A stretch of DNA of 60,928 nucleotides, the filler included. It is 4 parts of 4 records of this genome, joined end to end, with 100 filler letters (N's around TTAATTAATTAA, not from the genome) between each part and the next. Parts side by side here need not be neighbours in the genome. Positions count along the whole stretch, not along the records: positions 1 to 13,331 come from SRR20825006_93; 3 more parts are not named here. One strand, given 5' to 3'. Positions within the stretch are counted from its first letter, which is position 1. Each line of letters begins with the position of its first letter. A model generated the notes under the pieces. The model saw nothing but the letters and a program-made list of their open reading frames with translations, ran no database searches and was not told the DNA's origin. This document shows, piece after piece, positions 1-8,576 of this stretch. The position numbers and the translations under genes were made by a program.

Positions 1-24
1 ATTAAACCCTTTGGCGGTGCCAAT

Positions 25-55
25 AAAAAAACCCTTTTCAGTCGAAAAGGGTTTT
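25..55 (-). terminator. Rho-independent terminator downstream of lpdA (possibly bidirectional)
   Basis: Perfect 12-bp stem AAAACCCTTTTC-agtc-GAAAAGGGTTTT (28-55) with an extended A run at 25-31 that gives a U tail on the minus strand, 18 nt past the lpdA stop. Confidence 0.85.
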
Positions 56-73
56 AAATGAGTTCTAATAGTA

Positions 74-1480
74 TTAGATATGTAATGCTCTATCTTCAGT
101 AGCTGCGAGCGCCGCTTCTTTTACTGCTTCAGCATACGTAGGATGCGCATGAGACATAATCGCTATATCTTCGGCACTAGCACGGAATTCCATAGCCGTT
201 ACACCTTCAGCAATCAAATCGGCTACACGAGCGCCCACCATGTGAACCCCAAGCACCTCATCGGTTTCTTTATCTGCAAGAATTTTTACAAAACCATCAA
301 TATCACCAGAAGCTCTAGAACGTCCTAAAGCACGCATAGGGAATTGACCAGATTTATAAGCCGTACCCGCTTCTTTCAATTGTTCTTCAGTTTTACCTAC
401 AGAAGCAACTTCAGGCCAAGTGTATACCACTCCCGGAATCAAATTATAATCGATATGCGGTTTTTGACCGGCTAATGTTTCCGCAACAAATACGCCTTCT
501 TCTTCAGCCTTATGTGCTAGCATCGCGCCACGCACAACATCACCGATAGCATAAATATTAGCTACAGAAGTCTGCAAGTGTTCGTTGACTTCCACTCGAC
601 CACGATCGTCGGTTTTAAGACCAACCGCATCAAGATTCAACCCGTCTGTATAGGCTTTACGTCCCACAGAAACCAAGACATAATCCCCTTTAAATTCTAC
701 TTCTTTGTCTTTTTTATCGGTCGCTTTTACGATCACCTCGTCACCATTGCGCTCTACAGCGCTCACCTTATGTGAAGTATTGATCGTCATTTTTGACTTC
801 TTCAGCACTTTGGTTAATTCTTTACTTTGCGCGCCATCCATCGTGGGGATGATACGATCTAAATATTCAACCACAGTTACTTCAGAACCTAAGCGTTTAT
901 AAACTTGTCCCAATTCAAGACCGATTACACCACCGCCAATAACGATAAGATGTTTAGGTATTTCTTTAAGTTTTAAGGCTTCGGTTGACGTTATGATGCG
1001 CTCCTTATCGATGTCAATAAATGGAAGACTTGCAGGTTTACTTCCGGTCGCGATGATGGTATGTTTTGCTTCGATCTCCACATCATCACCTTCCGCTACT
1101 GCGATATGAATATGGGTTTTATCCTTAAAACTTCCCACCCCTTGATAGGTATCTATCTTGTTCTTGCTCATCAAAAACTCGATTCCTTTAGTGGTTTGCT
1201 CCACCACGGAAGCTTTACGCCCCATCATTTTCTCTAAATTGATCTTTACCTCTCCCGGGATCTCGATCCCGTGCTCTTCAAAATGCTTAACCGCATCCTC
1301 ATAATGGTGAGAAGAATCTAACAAGGCTTTAGATGGAATACAACCTACATTTAGGCAGGTACCGCCCATAGTTGCATATTTCTCAATGATTGCTGTTTTA
1401 AGACCCAACTGGGCGCAGCGAATGGCAGCCACATAACCTCCGGGACCGGAACCAATGACCGCAACGTCGTATGTACTCAT
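74..1480 (-). CDS. lpdA: Dihydrolipoamide dehydrogenase (E3)
   Basis: GSGPGGY FAD motif, GGTCLNVGCIPSK redox disulfide, GGGVIGLE NAD motif, C-terminal HAHPTYAE. Confidence 0.97.
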   Translation of the reverse strand: MSTYDVAVIGSGPGGYVAAIRCAQLGLKTAIIEKYATMGGTCLNVGCIPSKALLDSSHHYEDAVKHFEEHGIEIPGEVKINLEKMMGRKASVVEQTTKGIEFLMSKNKIDTYQGVGSFKDKTHIHIAVAEGDDVEIEAKHTIIATGSKPASLPFIDIDKERIITSTEALKLKEIPKHLIVIGGGVIGLELGQVYKRLGSEVTVVEYLDRIIPTMDGAQSKELTKVLKKSKMTINTSHKVSAVERNGDEVIVKATDKKDKEVEFKGDYVLVSVGRKAYTDGLNLDAVGLKTDDRGRVEVNEHLQTSVANIYAIGDVVRGAMLAHKAEEEGVFVAETLAGQKPHIDYNLIPGVVYTWPEVASVGKTEEQLKEAGTAYKSGQFPMRALGRSRASGDIDGFVKILADKETDEVLGVHMVGARVADLIAEGVTAMEFRASAEDIAIMSHAHPTYAEAVKEAALAATEDRALHI

Positions 1481-1544
1481 AATACTGATTTCTGTTTAAG
1501 AAGTATAAAGGTACGACAGTTAAAAAGGGTGTGCAATTGTAGTT

Positions 1545-3902
1545 TTAAAAATCAATGACAGAAAATGTGAATTCTAGATCTATATCCGCTTTTTGTGTAT
1601 TACCATTATCACTGTCCCCTATATTGACTTTAAAACCTGTAGTTTCACGATCATAATACGTGATACCGGGATCATCATAAGATGTACCGCCACAATTACC
1701 TCCGCAATCAATATTTGCTAAATTAATTACATAATTGGCAGAAGCTCTTGCAGATGTAAATGTAACTTGATAGTCTCCTAAATTAAGTCTTGTCACCGTT
1801 GCTCCAGTAATTTTGATGGCTGTTCCATTTGCCTGAACTAATCCAGCAGCAACAATTTGGGGAATACCAGATATAGATTGCCAACTTGCATTACCATTAG
1901 CATCAGAAGTTAATACCCTACCTGCTCCCTCTGTTCCATCATTTATTCGTATTGAACCATTGTTGACGTGCAACTTTCGTTGTGGAGTACTGGTTCCTAT
2001 ACCTACGCTATTATCTGAAGCTCCAAGAATAATCGTTTTCTGTTGACTTGCAATAGCTCCTTTACCTATAGCCGTAGCTCCAGAGGCAGATGCTGTAGCT
2101 CCCGTTCCAAAAGCTGAACTATTCAATGCTGTTGCACTGGCTCCTTGACCTACCGCTGTTGTATTACTCGCGCTAGAATTTGCCAGTCTTCCGATGGCAA
2201 TAGCATCGTCACTAGATGCATTTGTTAGCTTTCCTAAGGCAATAGCAGATGTATTACTCGCTCTTGCTTCTGTTCCTAAAGCATAAGCATCATCTCCTGT
2301 ACTTTCGGCATTGTTACCTATAGCAACTGCACTAGCCTTGTTAGTATACGTGTCATAACCCAAGGCAATAGACTGTGCACCTTGAGCATCAGAAAGTCTA
2401 CCAATTGCAGTAGCATTTATTTCGCTCGTGTAACTTTCTGCACCCAAAGCTATTGAATAATCACCTTGAGCGTCTGCAGAATACCCAACTGCTAAGCCAA
2501 AAGCTTTATTTGTATAAGCATCATCGCCAATAGCAAGAGAATTAGTTGCCGTTGCTACAGTCGAGTAACCAATGGCAACAGTATTCAACGCATTCCCTTC
2601 TGCACGATCACCAATTGCTACTGAAGAAATCCCTCTTGCTTTAGTCTCATAACCTACAGCAGTCGCATTATCTGCAGTCGCATCTGAATTATAACCTAAA
2701 GAGGTTGTATTTATAGCAGTTGCATACGCTTGACTACCTAATGCCGTCGCATTTGACTTATCCGCTCTACTGTTATACCCAATAGCCAACGTATTATCTG
2801 CATCTTTTGCATAGGATCCCTTTCCTACAGCGATACCATTAAGCGAATTAGACGTTGCATCAGTACCGATTACAACATTATCTGAATTTGAAGAAGTTGA
2901 ATTATATCCGATTGCAATATTTTTAGAACCGCTCTTAGCTTCGGCATCATATCCCAAAGCAATTGCATATTCATTACTTCCTTTAGCTATATTTCCGATG
3001 GCAATCGAACTTACCCCTCCCGCTGCCACTGCTTCATTACCTATTGCTAAGGTGTGATCATAATCCTTTGCTTTGGCTTGATTACCTATAGCAATTCCAT
3101 TGTTACGGTTTGTCAATGTTGATGTCCCTATTGAAATAGCATTTTGGCTAGCGGAATTTGAAGCATTTCCGATCGCAATAGCATTGTTTGCACTTGTTAA
3201 TGCATTGTATCCAAAAGCTGTAGATTGATATGATGAAGATGCTCCATAACCCAAAGCAACCGATTGGTTTCCTGTGTTGATAGCTCCCAAACCAATAGCA
3301 GTTCCCTGATATATAGATTTTGAATTCTTTCCTAATGCAATTGATTCATTCCCTGAGGCATTAGCTCCCATCCCTAAAGATGTAGACTCGTATACAGCCT
3401 TGGCGTCTTTACCTATTGCGAATGAATTATTATCTGTAGCCAACGCTCCGACACCAATCTGCACTGCTCCATTAGTCGCGAATCGACCAATTCCTACATT
3501 ATTAACTCTAAAATTCAGCGGCTGCCCATCGGTAGTACCTAAAAAATTTGTCGAAGAATTTGTACCACTATTCCCTGTTAACGCCCAATTATTACCTGAA
3601 GATGCTGCAGCTTTCATCGCCGTCCACGTAGTTCCATTCCAGTAATAATAGCCAACACCATTTCCTCCATTTACTGAAGCGTTTGTGTTGTAGATCATCA
3701 AACCATTGGCATTGGTATTTACACCATCAATGCTGTTATTTGAAACCGAGTTTAAACTTATTCGAGGAGCGATGAATCCTTTAGCGCTTGACGATAAATC
3801 TAAAATACTTGATGGATCTGGTGAAGTTGTCCCAATTCCTACTTGTGCTGAAGCAACAAAATAAACACAAAGAAAAACGAACGAGAGTATGAGTTTTTTC
3901 AT
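1545..3902 (-). CDS. Secreted fibre/adhesin-like protein with about 35 YadA-head-like (Hep/Hag) 14-aa repeats flanked by Bacteroidota VGIGT modules
   Basis: Start reassigned to MKKLILSF (ATG at 3902); signal peptide ending ASA-Q; QVGIGTTSP...YYYWNGTTW and WALTGN..NFLGTTD modules; repeats of x-x-[AS]-x-A-[ILV]-G; second VGIGTSTP and RVLTSDANGNASW motif. Confidence 0.8.
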   Translation of the reverse strand: MKKLILSFVFLCVYFVASAQVGIGTTSPDPSSILDLSSSAKGFIAPRISLNSVSNNSIDGVNTNANGLMIYNTNASVNGGNGVGYYYWNGTTWTAMKAAASSGNNWALTGNSGTNSSTNFLGTTDGQPLNFRVNNVGIGRFATNGAVQIGVGALATDNNSFAIGKDAKAVYESTSLGMGANASGNESIALGKNSKSIYQGTAIGLGAINTGNQSVALGYGASSSYQSTAFGYNALTSANNAIAIGNASNSASQNAISIGTSTLTNRNNGIAIGNQAKAKDYDHTLAIGNEAVAAGGVSSIAIGNIAKGSNEYAIALGYDAEAKSGSKNIAIGYNSTSSNSDNVVIGTDATSNSLNGIAVGKGSYAKDADNTLAIGYNSRADKSNATALGSQAYATAINTTSLGYNSDATADNATAVGYETKARGISSVAIGDRAEGNALNTVAIGYSTVATATNSLAIGDDAYTNKAFGLAVGYSADAQGDYSIALGAESYTSEINATAIGRLSDAQGAQSIALGYDTYTNKASAVAIGNNAESTGDDAYALGTEARASNTSAIALGKLTNASSDDAIAIGRLANSSASNTTAVGQGASATALNSSAFGTGATASASGATAIGKGAIASQQKTIILGASDNSVGIGTSTPQRKLHVNNGSIRINDGTEGAGRVLTSDANGNASWQSISGIPQIVAAGLVQANGTAIKITGATVTRLNLGDYQVTFTSARASANYVINLANIDCGGNCGGTSYDDPGITYYDRETTGFKVNIGDSDNGNTQKADIDLEFTFSVIDF

Positions 3903-3923
3903 AAAATTTTGATTGAGGCGTTG

Positions 3924-3931
3924 CAAAAATA
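3924..3931 (-). promoter_or_regulatory. Bacteroidota -7 promoter element (TATTTTTG) for the fibre gene
   Basis: Reverse complement of CAAAAATA matches TAnnTTTG, 21 nt upstream of the ATG. Confidence 0.55.
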
Positions 3932-4138
3932 ATCGTTAAATCAATTTAGTCGCTTGCTAAACAGCTATTTAACACAAGTAAAAAACAATTCCTACAAAAC
4001 AACACTTAGTCGATTAAATGCGCTTCTTATCGAAACAAATGCTTTTAGCATAGCACTGTGTGTTTTGATACTGATCAAAATACTTTTTAACTATATTCTA
4101 CAGAATGTTTATTATTGTAAGCATCTTAAAATACACCT

Positions 4139-5620
4139 ATGAGCAATCAGGATCAGGATCCAAAAAATCAAGAAATTGTAGAAAACAGAGAATTATCTAT
4201 ATGGGAAGCTTTAATTCCTATTATAGCTCTTGTTGGGATGCTGGCTTATAATGTATTTGTTTTTGGTGATGATGCGCTCAGCGGTTCTAATCAGTTCATC
4301 TTGCTGTTAGGAGCAGCCGTAGCTGCTTTAGTGGGGATTTTTAATAAAACTTCTTTTGATACGATGATGGAAGAAGTTGCGCAAAATATTAAATCTACCG
4401 CAGGTGCCATTTTAATCCTCTTAATGGTAGGTGCCCTTGCAGGAACTTGGCTCATTAGCGGGATCATCCCTACAATGATTTATTACGGACTCCAAATTTT
4501 AAATCCGTCTATATTTTTAGCCGCTTGTGTTGTGATCTGCGCAATAATATCGGTGGCCACCGGAAGCAGTTGGACGACCTCTGCTACCGTAGGTATTGCA
4601 TTAATAGGTATTGCTAATGCTTTAGGCATCTCTTTAGGAATGACTGCCGGAGCTATTTTATCTGGAGCATATTTTGGAGATAAACTTTCACCTTTGAGCG
4701 ACACGACAAACCTTGCTCCTGCAATGGCAGGCACAGATTTGTTCACGCACATTCAATATATGTTATATACCACTGTGCCTACGGTGACTATAACATTAAT
4801 TGTATTTATCATCATTGGATTCAATATAGAGACTAGCGGTGACGCCGACACTTCAGTGATTTTGACGGCTATTGATGACGCATTTACTATTAGTCCGTGG
4901 CTTTTTCTGGTTCCGGCAATCGTCATTTTTATGATCGTTAAAAAAACCTCTCCGCTTATTGCTCTATTGATTGGAACACTTTTAGGCGGAATTGCCGCTC
5001 TTATTTTTCAACCGGAAATCGTTGCCACTCTAGGCGGTAGCGAAACCTTGAGTCTAGAAAGCGGATATAAAGGAATAATGAATGCCATTACTGTAGATAC
5101 GGCTATAGAAACGACTAATGAAAATCTCAATGATTTGTTCGCCGCAAGCGGAATGGCAGGTATGCTGGGCACCATCTGGCTCATCATTTGTGCAATGACC
5201 TTTGGTGGCGTGATGGATGCCATTGGAGCATTGGCACGTATTAGTAAATTTATGTTGAATCTTTTTGAAAGCACCTTTGGCCTTTTTGCCAGTACGGTGG
5301 CTACGTGTATAGGTCTCAATGCTACTGCGAGTGATCAATATCTTGCGATCGTCGTTCCCGGAAAAATGTATGCGAAAGCCTATAAAGACAAAGGTCTGGC
5401 TCCTGAAAATTTAAGCCGAACCCTAGAAGATAGCGGTACGGTCACTTCTGTCCTAGTGCCTTACAATACTTGTGGTGCTTATCAAAGTGGTGTTTTAGGA
5501 GTTTCGGTAGCTGATTATTTTGTGTATGCGATCTTCAATTGGCTGAGCCCATTTATGACCTTGATCTTTGCGGCTTTCCGTATCAAAATCCGCAGTTTAA
5601 AAGAGGCTAAAGCTTCCTAA
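4139..5620 (+). CDS. nhaC: Na+/H+ antiporter, NhaC family
   Basis: Polytopic membrane protein with ATGSSWTT, GAYFGDKLSPLSDTTNLA and LSRTLEDSGT motifs. Confidence 0.92.
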   Translation: MSNQDQDPKNQEIVENRELSIWEALIPIIALVGMLAYNVFVFGDDALSGSNQFILLLGAAVAALVGIFNKTSFDTMMEEVAQNIKSTAGAILILLMVGALAGTWLISGIIPTMIYYGLQILNPSIFLAACVVICAIISVATGSSWTTSATVGIALIGIANALGISLGMTAGAILSGAYFGDKLSPLSDTTNLAPAMAGTDLFTHIQYMLYTTVPTVTITLIVFIIIGFNIETSGDADTSVILTAIDDAFTISPWLFLVPAIVIFMIVKKTSPLIALLIGTLLGGIAALIFQPEIVATLGGSETLSLESGYKGIMNAITVDTAIETTNENLNDLFAASGMAGMLGTIWLIICAMTFGGVMDAIGALARISKFMLNLFESTFGLFASTVATCIGLNATASDQYLAIVVPGKMYAKAYKDKGLAPENLSRTLEDSGTVTSVLVPYNTCGAYQSGVLGVSVADYFVYAIFNWLSPFMTLIFAAFRIKIRSLKEAKAS

Positions 5621-5808
5621 ACTGTTAAATTTAATAGCCGAAAAAATTAGTTGAAAACACTGCGTTATCAACCTCGCAAAATAGCTTCAGATATATTAGT
5701 ATTTTGACAGTTTCCTCGACTAAAATTTAGCACAATCCTAAAAAAATAGATTTCCTTTACTAAGCATAAGCATTTCTTATACTGAAATAATTTGTTTGCA
5801 TTTATATC

Positions 5809-5840
5809 TTGTTAATACTGGTTTTTCCCTGCTATTTTTG
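5809..5840 (+). promoter_or_regulatory. Bacteroidota sigma70 promoter for the ahpC operon
   Basis: TTG (5809-5811), 21 nt, then TATTTTTG (5833-5840), 31 nt before the ATG. Confidence 0.55.
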
Positions 5841-5871
5841 CAGTAGAAATAAATCATTAAAAACAAACAAT

Positions 5872-6510
5872 ATGACATTAGTAGGTAAAGAATTTCCAAA
5901 TCTTGCAGTTGATGCTATGAACGAGATGGGAGATACTTTTAAAGTAAACATCCTTGAAGAAGCAAAGAGCAAAAACAAAAAAGTATTGCTTTTCTGGTAT
6001 CCAAAAGATTTTACATTCGTATGCCCTACAGAGCTTCACGCTTTTCAGGCTGCTATGGATGAATTTGAAAAGCGCAATACTATTGTTATTGGTGCTTCTT
6101 GCGATACTCCAGAAGTACACTTTGCTTGGTTAAACACTCCTAAAGATAACGGTGGTATCGAAGGTGTAACGTACCCAATTCTTGCAGACACTAACCGTAA
6201 CTTGGCAAACCGCCTTGGTATTCTTGATGTAACTAACGAGCGTTATGATGAAGAAAGCGGTGTATTAACTGTTGACGGTGATAACGTAACCTATAGAGCT
6301 ACCTATTTGATCGACGAAGAAGGTACTGTATTTCACGAAGGTGTAAACCATATGCCGGTAGGTCGTAACGTAAAAGAATTTTTACGCTTAATTGACGCCT
6401 ATGCACACGTACAGAAAAACGGTGAAGTATGTCCTGCAAACTGGGAAGAAGGTAAAGACGCAATGAATGCTAACCGTGATGGTGTTGCTTCTTACCTAGC
6501 ATCAAATTAA
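5872..6510 (+). CDS. ahpC: 2-Cys peroxiredoxin (AhpC/Prx1)
   Basis: YPKDFTFVCPTE peroxidatic motif and GEVCPANW resolving motif; start reassigned to MTLVGK. Confidence 0.95.
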   Translation: MTLVGKEFPNLAVDAMNEMGDTFKVNILEEAKSKNKKVLLFWYPKDFTFVCPTELHAFQAAMDEFEKRNTIVIGASCDTPEVHFAWLNTPKDNGGIEGVTYPILADTNRNLANRLGILDVTNERYDEESGVLTVDGDNVTYRATYLIDEEGTVFHEGVNHMPVGRNVKEFLRLIDAYAHVQKNGEVCPANWEEGKDAMNANRDGVASYLASN

Positions 6511-6567
6511 TTTCTTTCACCCAACTTTATTTTTTAAAGAAATTAATCACCTTAAAATTCAATTCTT

Positions 6568-6882
6568 ATGATTCAAGAACTTGATCAAGACAATCTTTCA
6601 GAATTAGTTAGCGATAACGAAACTGTTGTGGTTCAATATATGGCAAGCTGGTGTGGAAACTGCAGATTGATGAAGCCTAAATTCAAAAAGCTGGCTTCAG
6701 AAAATGAAAATGCTAAGTTTTACTTAGTAGATGCAGAAAAATATCCCGAAAGCCGAAAATTGGCAACGGTAGATAACCTACCCACTTTTGCCACTTTTAA
6801 AAACGGAACTTTTGTTAATCAGGTACAAACCAACAAGTTTGAAAACCTAAAAGAACTCGTAGATGAAGTTACCAGTAATTAA
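6568..6882 (+). CDS. Thioredoxin family protein
   Basis: WCGNC active site, cis-Pro motif NLPTF, 104 aa. Confidence 0.9.
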   Translation: MIQELDQDNLSELVSDNETVVVQYMASWCGNCRLMKPKFKKLASENENAKFYLVDAEKYPESRKLATVDNLPTFATFKNGTFVNQVQTNKFENLKELVDEVTSN

Positions 6883-7111
6883 ACATTTACAGAAAAATAA
6901 TAGTGCTGAAGCTTTACAAAACACCATCGATGTTTTAGAATCTTTTACCGAGCACCGCTCGTGTACAGATAACGATATGGATGTTGTAGGTGAATTAATC
7001 ACCAACCTTTGTGGAGCTGTTGAAATGCACCAAATGATTGCAGATGGAATGTCTGAACGTGATGCAGCAAACGGTTTTGCGCAAAAGGTTCTAGGTTCTA
7101 TCGACAGATAA
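6863..7111 (+). CDS. Small conserved Bacteroidota protein (DUF6952-like)
   Basis: 82 aa, overlaps the trx 3' end; MKLPVIK...GELITNLCGAVE...F.QKVLGSID pattern recalled from proteins downstream of trx in Flavobacteria. Confidence 0.7.
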   Translation: MKLPVIKHLQKNNSAEALQNTIDVLESFTEHRSCTDNDMDVVGELITNLCGAVEMHQMIADGMSERDAANGFAQKVLGSIDR

Positions 7112-7251
7112 ATTGCCATTGGGTATGCCCATCTGTATAGATTGGCTCACGAGACACAGGTTCAAAATCTTTTTGACTAGCATTCGTATCTCGATATATC
7201 ACCCTTTGGCGATGCCAATAAATAATGTAGGTTAGATTTTTTATTGAAAAG

Positions 7252-7285
7252 AGTCCTCAAGTCTATTGATTTGAGGACTTTTTTT
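7252..7285 (+). terminator. Rho-independent terminator of the ahpC-trx operon
   Basis: Stem AGTCCTCAA / TTGAGGACT followed by a T run. Confidence 0.8.
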
Positions 7286-7486
7286 ATGCACGGAAACCAA
7301 ATTACGCGCTCCTATCTTCTAAATATTGATTACCGCTTCAATTTAGCATTCCTTTAATTGTAGGTCCATTTGCTTATAAGTACATTTACGTTACAATTGT
7401 GTGCGCATTGATCGCTAAAAAGATTCCACTTTACTAACACAATTGAAGTCCCAAAGATTGGGCGATCTAATTTCAATTTAAAAACT

Positions 7487-7987
7487 ATGGCTACTATTAC
7501 CCTAGGCGGAAATACTACGCATACTTCTGGCGAACTCCCTAAAGTAGGCACCGCTGCTCCTGACTTCAAACTTGCTTCAAAAGATCTTGCTCAAGTAAGT
7601 CTTGAGCATTACAAAGGCAAACGCATTGTGATGAATATTTTTCCAAGTGTAGATACCGGGGTTTGTGCTGCTTCTGTGCGACATTTTAATAAAGATGCTG
7701 CAGCTCTTGATGATACGGCAGTATTGTGTATCTCACGCGATTTACCATTTGCTCAAGCACGTTTTTGTGGTGCCGAAGGTCTAGACAACGTAGAAACACT
7801 TTCTGACTTTAAAGATGGTAGTTTTGGTAAAGACTACGGGCTGGAAATTGCCGATGGTGCTTTTGCCGGACTGCATTCGCGCGTTGTGCTTGTTTTAGAT
7901 GCTGACCACAACATCATTTATGAAGAACAAGTGCCCGAAATTGGTCAAGAACCCGACTACGAAGCTGCCTTAAGCGCTCTTAACTAA
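7487..7987 (+). CDS. tpx: Thiol peroxidase (atypical 2-Cys)
   Basis: FPSVDTGVC and ISRDLPFAQARFCGAEG motifs; C-terminal EPDYEAAL. Confidence 0.95.
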   Translation: MATITLGGNTTHTSGELPKVGTAAPDFKLASKDLAQVSLEHYKGKRIVMNIFPSVDTGVCAASVRHFNKDAAALDDTAVLCISRDLPFAQARFCGAEGLDNVETLSDFKDGSFGKDYGLEIADGAFAGLHSRVVLVLDADHNIIYEEQVPEIGQEPDYEAALSALN

Positions 7988-7990
7988 AGT

Positions 7991-8368
7991 ATGACTGACC
8001 CGGAAACCAAAGAACATTTTGTAGTAAATAGAATCAAGGCCTTTAAATATGCTTTTAAGGGCGCTTGGTTACTCCTCAAAAACGAACCTAGCATTCAGGT
8101 GCAGAGTTTGTGTGCGCTAGTGGTAACCGTTTTAGGCTTTGTTTATGAGATCTCTTCAGTTGAATGGTGTATTCAGTTACTGGCTATTGGCTTAGTTCTG
8201 GCGGTTGAGGGGCTGAATACAGCTATTGAAAAAATAGCCGACTTCATTCACCCGGATTACCATAAAAAAATTGGAGTGATCAAAGATGTTTCTGCGGGAG
8301 CGGTCACCTTTGCCGCTGTTATCGCGGCAATTATAGGCGGTATCATTTATATCCCTAAACTGTTCTAA
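7991..8368 (+). CDS. dgkA: Diacylglycerol/undecaprenol kinase (DgkA family)
   Basis: E..NTAIE...D and KDVSAGAV motifs, three TM segments. Confidence 0.9.
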   Translation: MTDPETKEHFVVNRIKAFKYAFKGAWLLLKNEPSIQVQSLCALVVTVLGFVYEISSVEWCIQLLAIGLVLAVEGLNTAIEKIADFIHPDYHKKIGVIKDVSAGAVTFAAVIAAIIGGIIYIPKLF

Positions 8369-8576
8369 AATTTTATAAGTTTAGTACCGTTTGATATTTG
8401 TACTTTTACGCGCTAATCAATTTATATGAATTAGTTAGCGCTAGCATTACACCTATTAATCGTAGCAAGATCAAACTCTTACAGTAAATTTTGGCTTTGC
8501 TACCATACTTTAAAAATTTTTGAAGCTTCAAGTTGCTTCTTGAAGCCCAACCGCGACTCTAGAGTTTACGCTTATA

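Noticed and set aside
1545-3902. Classical trimeric autotransporter (type Vc), or a DNA tandem repeat/CRISPR array
   Set aside because: No C-terminal anchor barrel is recognisable; the repeats are degenerate and protein-level only. No CRISPR repeat-spacer pattern was seen anywhere in the window
7112-7250. Possible tRNA (contains GGTTCAAA)
   Set aside because: No cloverleaf, acceptor stem or CCA could be built
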